Assembly: GCA_041589175.1 (NCBI GenBank) | Contig: JBFHWF010000001.1 | Coordinates: 3,798-67,797, forward strand | DNA: 64,000 nucleotides | Direction: 5' to 3' | From: Gammaproteobacteria bacterium | GTDB taxonomy: Bacteria; Pseudomonadota; Gammaproteobacteria; SZUA-229 | Shown: positions 28,850-38,286 of the stretch, in pieces | How the letters are laid out: the number at the start of each line of letters is the position of its first letter | Position numbering within the stretch: the first letter of the stretch is position 1 | Notes under the pieces: model-generated | Seen by the model: only the letters and a program-made list of their open reading frames with translations | The model's database searches: none | What the model was told of the DNA's origin: nothing | Position numbers and translations under genes: made by a program

Positions 28850-29071
28850 ATGACACTACAATACGAATCGATACTGACCTGTCCCCGCTGCGGCTTTCGC
28901 AAGGCGGAAACCATGCCAGATAATGCGTGTCAGTGGTATTACGAGTGCACACACTGTGGTGAATTATTGCGGCCATTACCCGGAGACTGCTGTGTATTTT
29001 GCTCCTATGGCACGGTTCCCTGCCCACCGATTCAGGCGGGTGACTGTGATTGTGCTCGGCAAGAGGATTAA
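28850..29071 (+). CDS. GDCCVxC-domain small cysteine-rich protein
   Basis: 73 aa with 13 Cys. It has zinc-ribbon-like pairs 'CPRCG' and 'CTHCG', followed by the family-defining 'PGDCCVFCSYG'. Confidence 0.75.
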   Translation: MTLQYESILTCPRCGFRKAETMPDNACQWYYECTHCGELLRPLPGDCCVFCSYGTVPCPPIQAGDCDCARQED

Positions 29072-29114
29072 AGCTTACCGGGCAAGCCCAGTTTAAGTAC
29101 GCCAGGGTCAGAAA

Positions 29115-30518
29115 TCAGTCGGTTGAATCCTGGTGTTTTTTCGTATTCAGTTTTTGCCTGAGCTCCTGCCACTGATCCTCAATATAAAACATAAATTTAT
29201 CGATGATAGACTGCGGTGGATTGATCAGTGGTGCTTCGAGATGGAAGCGCTCAAATACCGTATCCAGTTTCTGATAAATCGTTTGCAGGTTAATTTCGTA
29301 ATCACCTGGTTGCAGGTCCTTAATAATCGTGAAGGAAGGATCTTTTTTGTTGTCTTCCAGGTTTAGCAGTGTGAATTCACTATACGGCTTTTTACGCTCA
29401 TCCAGCAACATTAACACCAGTGGGTTCAGTCGGCTTTTGTAATTCTGCGCCAGCACCAGCCCTACCGTGCCGTTTTTGAATTCAACCAGACTACCATCTG
29501 GATACATGCCAAGGCAGCTGATAAATTTATCGATGAGCTCACTCTGGAAATGTGCTTTGTGCTCGCTGTAAAGTGTTTGCAGTGCTGCATGTGGTGTGAG
29601 AATGTCATTGTATGGGCGATAACTGCACATCGCATGATAGCTGTCGATAATAGCAGCGATGCGGCCAAACGCCGGAATGCGTTCCTCGACCAGTCCATTC
29701 GGGTATCCACTGCCATCATTTTTTTCGTGATGCGTGCGCACCATATTGACGATATCCTCTTCGATATCATCATCCTGAACCAGTATCTGCAGGCCATACT
29801 CGACGTGGGTATAGACCAGAGCCATTTCATGATTACTGAGTACACCCTGTTTGCTTAGCAGTTCATCGGGGAGTGATATCTTGCCAATATCCAGTAGCAG
29901 GGCGCCCACGGCAAGGCTACGTATCTGTGAGAGGGGTAAACTCAGAAAACGTCCAAACAGAATCGCACTGACACAACTGTCGATAGCCTGATCATGCTTA
30001 AGACGGCTATAGCCCTTGAGCCGACAGAGCAGAGGCAGCGCATCACAATTACGCATAATACTGTTAATCAATGGCTCAGCCAGTTGATAGAAATCACTGG
30101 ATAAAAACGGCTCATGCTGTTTCAGGTCATCGATTAATACCTGGAATAATTCAGAGGCTTCTTCAAGAATATTACGCGCCTGTGTGATTTCTTCTTGCAG
30201 GGGGACGCTGTTGCGATAACGCGTATGCTGTTTTTTCTGAAGTATACGCTTTTCGATATTGCGGTGTGTAGGAAGCTCAAGGTCTTCTTCCATATAGAAT
30301 TCAGCAGGGCTTCCACGGCTGATATCGATATATACTGAACGACAGTATTCTCGAATTGCGTTGAGCTCTTCATCGGTTTTTAGCAGGAATCCCTGTAGCC
30401 AGAATGGAGTCTCGCGCCAGGGGCGATCCAGGCGTGCAATAAACATCTCTTTTTCAACAAATACAATTGAAACACGTCGTTCGTATTTAGACGAAGGCGC
30501 TATTTTTTTGCTGTGCAT
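29115..30518 (-). CDS. HD-GYP domain c-di-GMP phosphodiesterase (DUF3391-type N-terminus)
   Basis: 467 aa. It has HD 'LLLDIGK' and 'HHEKNDGSGYPNGL' (the HD-GYP signature). The N-terminal 'FIARLDRPWRETPF' is DUF3391-like. Confidence 0.88.
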   Translation of the reverse strand: MHSKKIAPSSKYERRVSIVFVEKEMFIARLDRPWRETPFWLQGFLLKTDEELNAIREYCRSVYIDISRGSPAEFYMEEDLELPTHRNIEKRILQKKQHTRYRNSVPLQEEITQARNILEEASELFQVLIDDLKQHEPFLSSDFYQLAEPLINSIMRNCDALPLLCRLKGYSRLKHDQAIDSCVSAILFGRFLSLPLSQIRSLAVGALLLDIGKISLPDELLSKQGVLSNHEMALVYTHVEYGLQILVQDDDIEEDIVNMVRTHHEKNDGSGYPNGLVEERIPAFGRIAAIIDSYHAMCSYRPYNDILTPHAALQTLYSEHKAHFQSELIDKFISCLGMYPDGSLVEFKNGTVGLVLAQNYKSRLNPLVLMLLDERKKPYSEFTLLNLEDNKKDPSFTIIKDLQPGDYEINLQTIYQKLDTVFERFHLEAPLINPPQSIIDKFMFYIEDQWQELRQKLNTKKHQDSTD

Positions 30519-30576
30519 AAGTCGTGCTTAAGAGCTTCAGTTATTGCCGATAGTATCACATGAATTTTTTAAATGG

Positions 30577-31368
30577 CTACTCGGATTTTGGTACGAGATA
30601 TACATCATAACGTGTATTTTTGCTTTCATAGGTCAGGCTGGGCTGTTTCTCGGCTTCAATAACTGGTGCGCCTTTAGGTCGCTTGACGACGACGCGTTGT
30701 CGGGCACAGTCGCATGCAGCTAACAGTAATTGCGCAGTGTCTTCGTCCTTGCCAATGAGGTTTTGCAGTATCTGCATGTTCTTTTTAACGGATGCAGATT
30801 TTTTGCGTTCGGGGTACATCGGATCCATGTAGACCACATCCGGTCGCTGAGTTTCAGGTAGCTGCCTTAGATATTCGGCAGCATCGGTACAGGTTAGTGT
30901 GAAGCCCTGCTGCAGAATGCTCTGAAACTCGCTATTCAGGCTGGCTCTGTCGAGTCCATCCTGTACCAGCGCGGCAACCACGGGGGAGCGCTCTAGCATA
31001 ATAACCGGGCAACCAAGACAGGCAAGCACGAAGCTGTCTCTGGCAAGCCCCGCTGTGGCATCGATGATGTGGGGCAGTGGCTTACCCTGTTTAATACCTA
31101 CAGCCTTTGCGAGTGGCTGCCCCTTGCCACCACCATATTTACGTCGGTGATCCATACTGCCAGCTGTAAAGTCGACATCGATAGACATCTTGTGCTGCCG
31201 GTCGATGAGTACAACTCGGGTTTCTTCGTAGCATAGTGTCAGAGGCGTGGTCGTTTTACTGAGGGGCTGGCAGCTAAGCTGATATTGCTGTGCATAGGTT
31301 TCAGCCTTAGTGCGCTGGGCATTATGGGTGAAACTGATGCTTAAAACGTCGGCGTCAGGTGTTTTCAT
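30577..31368 (-). CDS. rsmJ: 16S rRNA (guanine1516-N2)-methyltransferase
   Basis: The ORF is open to 31617. That extension overlaps ycaO and has low-complexity sequence. The Met at 31368 gives 263 aa (E. coli RsmJ is ~250 aa). It has 'VIDATAGLARDSFVLA..G' and 'DVVYMDPMYP' motifs. Confidence 0.85.
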   Translation of the reverse strand: MKTPDADVLSISFTHNAQRTKAETYAQQYQLSCQPLSKTTTPLTLCYEETRVVLIDRQHKMSIDVDFTAGSMDHRRKYGGGKGQPLAKAVGIKQGKPLPHIIDATAGLARDSFVLACLGCPVIMLERSPVVAALVQDGLDRASLNSEFQSILQQGFTLTCTDAAEYLRQLPETQRPDVVYMDPMYPERKKSASVKKNMQILQNLIGKDEDTAQLLLAACDCARQRVVVKRPKGAPVIEAEKQPSLTYESKNTRYDVYLVPKSE

Positions 31369-31426
31369 AGGGAAAGTGTAATAAGATTCGTGGCTGATTG
31401 CACCTGAAGACTCTACTCCTGACGAG

Positions 31427-33184
31427 ATGACTAAGGCTATGACTGAAAAGACCTTCATTATCGGTAAAGACCGTGACCTTGAATCCTCTATTGAAACCAT
31501 GCAGCAGAAGCTGCGTGACCTGGGTTTCGATATTGAGGAAGCCTCCTGGCTGAATCCTGTGCCAAATGTGTATTCGGTGCATATTCGTGATCGTGAATGT
31601 GGCTTGATGTTTACCAATGGAAAAGGTGCGAGTAAGAAGGCCTGCCTGGCCAGTGCGCTGGGTGAATATTTTGAGCGCCTGAGCTGTAACTATTTCTTCG
31701 CAGATTTTTACCTCGGTGAAGACTATGCGAATGGTGAATTTGTGCATTACCCCGATGAAAAATGGTTCCCGATTGAAGGCGAGACAATGCCGGATGGTTT
31801 GATGGATGATGGCCTGTGGCAGTATTACGACCCAGACAGCGTGCTCAGGCCGCAGCAGATTGTGGATACCAATACAGGCAGGGCTGATCGAGGTATCTGC
31901 GCGGTTCCCTATACGCGTCAGCGAGACCAGAAGACCATTTACCTGCCGGTGAATATTATCGGCAACCTGTATGTGAGTAACGGGATGTCGGCGGGTAATA
32001 CCGCAGATGAAGCGCGGGTGCAGGGTTTGTCGGAAGTTTTTGAACGTTATGTAAAGAATAAAATTATTGCCGATGGTATATGTTTGCCAGAGGTTCCCGA
32101 TGAGGTTCTGTCACGTTTTCCGGGAATCTGTAAATCCATCGATGAATTACGGGGCCACGGATACCATCTGCGAATTGCAGATGCGTCTTTGGGGGGTAAG
32201 TTTCCTGTGATGAGCGTAACATTGATTAACCCCAGGGATGGCTCGGTGTTTGCCTCATTTGGTGCTCACCCCTGTTTCGAGGTTGCGCTGGAAAGAACGG
32301 TAACTGAACTGTTGCAGGGGCGTGGGCTGGATCAGCTGGATGGATTTCAGCCGCCATCATTTGATCAGGACGAAGTGGCGGATCATCATAACCTGGAAAC
32401 CCACTTTATCGACTCGAGCGGGCTGATATCTTATGATTTTTTCCGCAGCAATCCCGATTATCCATTTGTAGACTGGGACCACAACAGCACAACAGAGAGT
32501 GAGTTCGATTACTGCTGTAAAATTATTCACGATATGGGGCACGATATTTATATCTCCGACTATAACCATCTTGGTGTTTATGCCTGTCGTATTATCGTAC
32601 CCGGAATGTCAGATATTTATCCGGTTGATGATCTTGAATGGAGTAACAATAACGAAGGCGTAATGTTTCGTGAAGACATCCTGTCACTGCATAATCTGCA
32701 ACGTGAAGACTGGTTGTCCCTGCTAGATCGCCTGGAGGAGGGCGGTTATAACGATGTGCAACGCGTAGCGGAATTTATCGGCGTTGCGCCAGATGCGGGT
32801 ACTGCCTGGGCAAGTCTCAGAATTGGCGAGCTCAAGGCGATGCTATGTCTTGCCGCAGAAGATTATGAGCAGGCGATACAGTGGAATGACTGGTGTTTAC
32901 ACATGGACCAGCTGAGTGAAGAGCGTATCCGTTTTTATCGTGGTCTTCAGGCGTTGCTGGAAATCAAACTGGAAGATGAGCGTGATGTAAATAACTACGT
33001 TGATAGCCTTAAGCTGATGTATGGAAATGAGGTGATTGAAACAGGTTTGGCACTGGTTGAAGGCAGGGAAAAATTCCATGGCCTACATAGTCCGGGTCTG
33101 AGTCTTGATGGTTTTAAAACCCATGCAAAACTCCTTGAGGGATACGCCAAACTACACCGCGCTAAAATGACTAACTGGAAATAG
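31427..33184 (+). CDS. ycaO: YcaO protein (E. coli-type, RimO-associated)
   Basis: 585 aa versus 586 aa in E. coli. 'DLGFDIEEASWLNPVPNVYSVHIRDRECGLMFTNGKGASKKACLASALGEYFERLSCNYFFADFYLG' is almost identical in pattern to E. coli YcaO as recalled. Confidence 0.92.
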   Translation: MTKAMTEKTFIIGKDRDLESSIETMQQKLRDLGFDIEEASWLNPVPNVYSVHIRDRECGLMFTNGKGASKKACLASALGEYFERLSCNYFFADFYLGEDYANGEFVHYPDEKWFPIEGETMPDGLMDDGLWQYYDPDSVLRPQQIVDTNTGRADRGICAVPYTRQRDQKTIYLPVNIIGNLYVSNGMSAGNTADEARVQGLSEVFERYVKNKIIADGICLPEVPDEVLSRFPGICKSIDELRGHGYHLRIADASLGGKFPVMSVTLINPRDGSVFASFGAHPCFEVALERTVTELLQGRGLDQLDGFQPPSFDQDEVADHHNLETHFIDSSGLISYDFFRSNPDYPFVDWDHNSTTESEFDYCCKIIHDMGHDIYISDYNHLGVYACRIIVPGMSDIYPVDDLEWSNNNEGVMFREDILSLHNLQREDWLSLLDRLEEGGYNDVQRVAEFIGVAPDAGTAWASLRIGELKAMLCLAAEDYEQAIQWNDWCLHMDQLSEERIRFYRGLQALLEIKLEDERDVNNYVDSLKLMYGNEVIETGLALVEGREKFHGLHSPGLSLDGFKTHAKLLEGYAKLHRAKMTNWK

Positions 33185-34091
33185 TTTGCGTAAACTGGCG
33201 TGATGTGGATGGGTTTCGCATCGGTTGTTTAAAGCCAGATAACATCTCCAGTCCGAGCAGGCAACGCACCCGGTCCTGTGTGGGTGGGTGTGAGTGTAGC
33301 AGTGCTGGAATCGGCCGATTCCGGCCAGCTGTGAACAGTTCATTAAACCAGTTGCCGTTGTGCTGTTCGATTTTCCGTAAAGCCGATACCATGGCACTCA
33401 CATTTCGTGTGAGCTGTACGGCAATAATATCTGCATAAAATTCTCTTACCCGTGACAGGCATAGCTGCAATAGGGTAGTCATGTTGTAGGCAAGCAGAAG
33501 GCTCAAAATCACCTGCCAGGGAACGGCTATGTCCTGAGAGTGCAGCACAGGGCTGATCGTTAATATTACGAGCCCGAAAGCAGTCAGGCACTGTGTCAGC
33601 TGACTCATCCGGTTCGCCATATGCATGAGCTGGATATCATCGTGGTAGATGTGTGATAGCTCATGGGCCAGAACCGCCATTAGTTCATCGTGCCCGAATT
33701 CATTCAGCAATTTCTCACTGACAACAATAATTGACTGGCCTTTGCACTGCAAACTGAAGGCATTAAGTGAAGGCTGGCTGGCGCTATATAGCACAGGTAC
33801 CCGAGTGATACCCAGATCAGAGGCTAACTGTGAAAAATCATCAAGAAGTTTGGCATGGGTCGATGACTTAACGGGCTGGCACTGGCTGCAATCGAGAATC
33901 TTCTGTGCGGAGTATTTGCGCATGCCGCTGAATAGGACAATGCCCGCAAGTACCAGTAGTATGGGATCATGGGTGTAGATAATAAGCCCCCAGATAGCAC
34001 ATAGGAGTAGCCCCATTGCAGTGATAAGCAACAGGCTATACAGGTGCTTTCTGAACTTATAGTCGGCAATGATGGGGGTGTCTTTTGCCAT
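33171..34091 (-). CDS. M48-family zinc metalloprotease (HtpX-like)
   Basis: 306 aa. It has N-terminal TM helices and the HEXXH motif 'AHELSHIYHDD', then further TM helices and a C-terminal 'HPPTQDR'. The 3' end overlaps the ycaO 3' end by 14 nt (convergent). Confidence 0.85.
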   Translation of the reverse strand: MAKDTPIIADYKFRKHLYSLLLITAMGLLLCAIWGLIIYTHDPILLVLAGIVLFSGMRKYSAQKILDCSQCQPVKSSTHAKLLDDFSQLASDLGITRVPVLYSASQPSLNAFSLQCKGQSIIVVSEKLLNEFGHDELMAVLAHELSHIYHDDIQLMHMANRMSQLTQCLTAFGLVILTISPVLHSQDIAVPWQVILSLLLAYNMTTLLQLCLSRVREFYADIIAVQLTRNVSAMVSALRKIEQHNGNWFNELFTAGRNRPIPALLHSHPPTQDRVRCLLGLEMLSGFKQPMRNPSTSRQFTQTISS

Positions 34092-34338
34092 GCCACCACT
34101 CCAGAAATCAGGCGGTTAATAGTTACTTAATAGCAGAAAACGGGATACAGTGAAGTCAAATGGCCAATAAACTGGTTTTTGATTGTCTTATCAGTTGATT
34201 GTCACATTTTTCTCTGTGTAACTTTTTATTTTGTCTATAAGTAACTGAAACGAGTGGGGAAACTGCATTGATCTGTTTCAAGTATAAACAGCGGAAACTG
34301 TGTCACAGTAAAAAAATGTCAATGGCCAGGTTGGGAAT

Positions 34339-35136
34339 ATGATGTGTGTCAGATACTTTGTATTTGTGATGCTTATATTTATGTCTGTTCCGCTACAGGC
34401 AACAACACAGCATATAGATTCGAACCGAATAGCCAGTCCAGATGCGTATCAACTCGTCAAAGCCGCTATCGATAACTGGCGAGGTGTATCATCCTATGCA
34501 GACATGAGTATGACAATTCATCGTCCAGACTGGCAGCGAAGTATGCGAATCAGTAGCTGGACCAGGGGTACTGATCATTCCCTGGTGCGTGTTACTGAGC
34601 CGCGTAAGGATTCAGGAAATGCAACCCTGGTAATTGGCTCACAGATGTGGAGTTACAATCCGCGTATAAATCGTGTAATTAAAATACCATCATCTATGAT
34701 GAATCAGAGCTGGATGGGTTCAGACTTTTCTAATCGTGATATTGCCCGAGAAGACGAAATTCTGGATGAGTATATCCACACACTTGTGTCAACTGAGCTG
34801 ATAGAAGAGCAAAAGGTATATACGATTGAATCGGTTCCCAGAGAAACAGCGGCGGTGGTCTGGGGCAGGGAAGTATTACGAATTCGCGATGATGATGTGC
34901 TGTTATCCCATGCTTTTTATGATCAGGATAATCAGCTGGTCAAGATAATGGAAACCGAATCGATTAGCTGGATGTCGGGTAGATCAGTTGCTTCATTGCA
35001 GCGTATGCGCCAGCTGGATAAAGATAATCACTGGACCGAAATTCGTGTACATAAAGTACAGTTTGATGTGCCTCTGTCGGAAAACACGTTCAGCCTGGGT
35101 GCGTTAAGAAACCCGGCATTACAACATCAACCGTAA
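34339..35136 (+). CDS. Outer-membrane lipoprotein-sorting (LolA-like) periplasmic protein
   Basis: 265 aa. The signal peptide is 'MMCVRYFVFVMLIFMSVPLQA'. The block 'MWSYNPRINRVIKIPSSMMNQSWMGSDFSNRDIARE' is typical of the LolA_like family, recalled from memory. Confidence 0.65.
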   Translation: MMCVRYFVFVMLIFMSVPLQATTQHIDSNRIASPDAYQLVKAAIDNWRGVSSYADMSMTIHRPDWQRSMRISSWTRGTDHSLVRVTEPRKDSGNATLVIGSQMWSYNPRINRVIKIPSSMMNQSWMGSDFSNRDIAREDEILDEYIHTLVSTELIEEQKVYTIESVPRETAAVVWGREVLRIRDDDVLLSHAFYDQDNQLVKIMETESISWMSGRSVASLQRMRQLDKDNHWTEIRVHKVQFDVPLSENTFSLGALRNPALQHQP

Positions 35137-35162
35137 ACACAGAGTAAGCGGAGTGCTAAACA

Positions 35163-36377
35163 ATGCTAAGCTGGCGCCTGGCATGGCGAAATATCTGGCG
35201 ACACCCTGTACGTACCCAGCTTACGTTGGCTGCGATGGTGTTTTCCAGTGCTCTGCTGGTATTCATGGTGGCAATGCAAACAGGCATGTATGCGATGATG
35301 ATAGAAAATACTCTGCGCCTGTCATCGGGACACTACCAGATACAGGCACCAGGTTACCTCGAACACCCCGCCATCAATAAAACTCTGGAGAATGGTCAAC
35401 AGTTAGCCGCTGACCTTCGACAACAATATGGCCGCGTGTTTGCTGCGCGGGTACAGGGTTTTGCCTTACTATCATCGGAGCAGCGAAGTTATGCAGCGTT
35501 GATTAGTGGTGTAGAGCTAAAGTATGAGGCGGATATATCGTCGATCCCCGGCCTGGTTAGCCAAGGGCAGTATCTGCAAAGAGAGTTTGCCCGTGAAATA
35601 GTGTTGGGTGAGGTACTGGCTCGTAATCTCAGGGTTCAGGTCGGTGATGAACTTACCTTATTAAGTAGTGCAAAAGACGGTTCTATTGCGGCAGATGTAT
35701 TGCGCATCGTTGGTTTACTACAAACAGCGAATCAGGAACTGGATCGATTACAGGCGCATATCCCTATTGATGTGTTTCAGGATATTTTTTCTATGGGTGA
35801 AGATGTGCACATGGTCGTGCTGACGGCGCACAACCTTGATGCGAGTGACCGTATCGCTACTCAGCTCAGAGAAAAACATAATCACTTGTTATACAGCTGG
35901 CACCAGCTTGAGCCAGGCTTAATGCAGGCTATAAAAGCCGACATCAGTTCAGCCGTGATGATGTATGCCGTACTGGTCGTATTAAGTGGTTTTTCTGTTC
36001 TTAATACTATTCTAATGGCTGTGTTAGAGCGTACCAGAGAATTTGGTATCGTCATGGCACTTGGGGTGCGTGCGGGACAGATCTCGAGGATGATTTTACT
36101 GGAAGCCCTGATGTTGTCACTGCTTGGTCTGCTACTGGGTATGATAGTCGGAGGAGGTATTACTGCTTATTTTGAATTGAATGGCCTGGTTATTCCAGGT
36201 TATGAAGAAGCTGCAGCAAGATTTAATCTGCCTGAACGAGTATATCCTTCAGTTGATCCTGTCAGTCTGTTAAGTGGCCCTTTATTTGTGTTTGTTTCTG
36301 CATTGTTTGCAAGCCTCTATCCGGCATTACGTGTTTTACGATTTACGCCAGTACAGGCCATGAGGGCGCGGCCATGA
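35163..36377 (+). CDS. FtsX/MacB-type ABC transporter permease 1
   Basis: 404 aa. The N-terminus 'LAWRNIWRHPVRTQLTLAAMVF' is followed by a large periplasmic domain. The C-terminal three-TM FtsX module includes 'RTREFGIVMALGVRAGQI'. Confidence 0.88.
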   Translation: MLSWRLAWRNIWRHPVRTQLTLAAMVFSSALLVFMVAMQTGMYAMMIENTLRLSSGHYQIQAPGYLEHPAINKTLENGQQLAADLRQQYGRVFAARVQGFALLSSEQRSYAALISGVELKYEADISSIPGLVSQGQYLQREFAREIVLGEVLARNLRVQVGDELTLLSSAKDGSIAADVLRIVGLLQTANQELDRLQAHIPIDVFQDIFSMGEDVHMVVLTAHNLDASDRIATQLREKHNHLLYSWHQLEPGLMQAIKADISSAVMMYAVLVVLSGFSVLNTILMAVLERTREFGIVMALGVRAGQISRMILLEALMLSLLGLLLGMIVGGGITAYFELNGLVIPGYEEAAARFNLPERVYPSVDPVSLLSGPLFVFVSALFASLYPALRVLRFTPVQAMRARP

Positions 36378-37600
36378 TTGAACTGTTATCACGGCTGGCA
36401 TGGCGCAACCTCTGGCGTAATCATAGGCGCACCCTGATTATGTTAGGCGCGTTGACCGTTGGTGTGTGGTCGATGATATGGATGACGGCAATGATGCGTG
36501 GAATGCTCGAACAGATGGTAGAGGATTCAATTAATAATCTCAGCGGCCATATACAGATACATGCCCAGGGTTTTCGTGATGATCCATCCATCAATAACAG
36601 CATGACCGAGGCAGATGCAGCATTACAAGGTTTTTTTCAAACAGAAGTGATTCAGGCCTGGAGTCAGCGCCTGCGCTTACCAGCAATGATAGCGTCAGAG
36701 CGGCATAGTTTTCCGGTCACAATTGTGGGTATCGATCCGCGCCTGGAACAGGATATGTCATTTATTATGCAAGCCAGGATTGATGGCGAGATGCTTTCAT
36801 CATTATCAGATAATGGCATTTTAGTGGGGGCGCAATTACTTGATAAGCTTGAATCTAGACAGGGAAAACGAATAGTTATTATGACTCAGGACCGTCATAA
36901 TCAGATGGCAGATCGTGGCTTCAGAATTAAGGGCGTATACTCAGCGCGGTTACAGTTACTTGAAAAACAGTATGTATTTGTTGGCCTGGCAACTTTGCAG
37001 AAACTGCTTGATTGTCAGTCATGTGTCTCAGAAACCAGTTTGAAAATTAATGATGAATCACGGCTATTAGCTATCAAACAACAACTCGAAACAAGTCTGC
37101 CAGAGTATGAGATAAAAACCTGGTATGAGCTTGATCCATACACAGAGAGTATGTTGAAAACGATGGATGGATTTATATTCGTATTTATACTTATTATTTT
37201 CCTCGCGCTGTCATTTGGCCTGGTCAATACGCTGGTGATGGCGATTTTCGAGCGCAGTCGTGAAATTTCATTATTACATGCGCTTGGTCTATCACCCGTA
37301 AAAATAGCGATACAGATTATGTTAGAAGCAGGTATGTTGATTCTGCTGGGTCTGCTGCTTGGAAATCTATTGGCTTTCCTGAGTCTGTGGCCAGTGCGTG
37401 AGGGAATAGATATTTCGATTGTTGGCGAAGGTCTCGACTTTGCCGGTATTAGCAGTGTGCTGAAACCCAGTTTGCTGGTAACAGATGTGTTGCTGGCCAA
37501 TGTGACCGTTGCTCTGTTAGGTATGCTGGCTTGCCTGTTACCTGCATGGCGTGCGGCGAGACGAGCACCAGCTAGCGCACTAAGCTGGAGTGACACATGA
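36374..37600 (+). CDS. FtsX/MacB-type ABC transporter permease 2
   Basis: 408 aa with the same architecture ('LAWRNLWRNHRRTLIML', 'RSREISLLHALGLSPVKI'). An ATGA overlap joins it to the preceding gene. Confidence 0.88.
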   Translation: MIELLSRLAWRNLWRNHRRTLIMLGALTVGVWSMIWMTAMMRGMLEQMVEDSINNLSGHIQIHAQGFRDDPSINNSMTEADAALQGFFQTEVIQAWSQRLRLPAMIASERHSFPVTIVGIDPRLEQDMSFIMQARIDGEMLSSLSDNGILVGAQLLDKLESRQGKRIVIMTQDRHNQMADRGFRIKGVYSARLQLLEKQYVFVGLATLQKLLDCQSCVSETSLKINDESRLLAIKQQLETSLPEYEIKTWYELDPYTESMLKTMDGFIFVFILIIFLALSFGLVNTLVMAIFERSREISLLHALGLSPVKIAIQIMLEAGMLILLGLLLGNLLAFLSLWPVREGIDISIVGEGLDFAGISSVLKPSLLVTDVLLANVTVALLGMLACLLPAWRAARRAPASALSWSDT

Positions 37601-38286
37601 AATCGGTTCATGCAGAACATCTGTATCGAAGTTTTGGTGAGGGAGAGCTTCAGGTTCATGCAATACAGGATCTCAATTTTGATATTGAAGCTGGTGACTT
37701 TGTCTGTCTGGCAGGGCCCTCAGGTTCAGGTAAAACCACGTTATTAAACATGGTCGGTGGGCTGGATTATCCCAGTGCAGGTGTACTTAGAGTTGCAGAT
37801 GTTAACCTTTCGAGCCTCAGTATGAATCAACTGGCGGATATGCGTCTGCATCATATTGGTTTTGTATTCCAGTCCTACAACCTGATACCTGTGCTGAGTG
37901 CGCTGGAAAATGTAGAATTTGTTGCACAGTTACAAGGCATGGCGGCGGCAGAACGTCGCGATATGGCAATGCAGATTCTCGAAGATGTTGGACTGAAAGG
38001 CCTGGAATATCGACGGCCGGGTGAATTATCGGGTGGACAACAGCAGCGTGTCGCCGTGGCGCGTGCGATAGTTACACGCCCTGATCTCGTACTAGCGGAT
38101 GAGCCCACCGCAAATCTGGATTCGCAGACAGCAGAAAAGCTAATAGACCTGTTTCTTGAGTTAAATCGAAAATCGGGCACCACATTCATATCCTCAACTC
38201 ACGACCCGATGGTAATGCGGCGTGCGCGTCGCTTGATTCGCCTCAGGGATGGTCGTATAGACAGTGACACGCGACAGGACGTATGA
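37597..38286 (+). CDS. ABC transporter ATP-binding protein (LolD/MacB-NBD type)
   Basis: 229 aa. Walker A is 'GPSGSGKTT', the Q-loop is present, the signature is 'LSGGQQQRVAVARA' and Walker B is 'LVLADEPTANLD'. An ATGA overlap joins it to permease 2. Confidence 0.92.
   Translation: MKSVHAEHLYRSFGEGELQVHAIQDLNFDIEAGDFVCLAGPSGSGKTTLLNMVGGLDYPSAGVLRVADVNLSSLSMNQLADMRLHHIGFVFQSYNLIPVLSALENVEFVAQLQGMAAAERRDMAMQILEDVGLKGLEYRRPGELSGGQQQRVAVARAIVTRPDLVLADEPTANLDSQTAEKLIDLFLELNRKSGTTFISSTHDPMVMRRARRLIRLRDGRIDSDTRQDV

Noticed and set aside
31369-31617. An N-terminal 83-codon extension of the rsmJ ORF.
   Set aside because: The extension overlaps the start of ycaO on the other strand and has an S/R-rich, non-protein-like sequence. 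The Met at 31368 gives a product of the expected RsmJ length.
33171-33184. Convergent gene ends that overlap or nearly touch: ycaO/M48 protease overlap by 14 nt, 39503/39506 are 2 nt apart, and 58122/58130 are 7 nt apart.
   Set aside because: This is common in compact bacterial genomes. No hairpin or other structure was visible at these junctions, so there is nothing specific to report beyond tight packing.
37015-37659. A 214-aa ORF on the - strand.
   Set aside because: It is antisense to the FtsX permease 2 / ABC ATPase junction. Its composition is S/R/I-rich and low-complexity. The sense-strand genes have unambiguous ABC and FtsX motifs.
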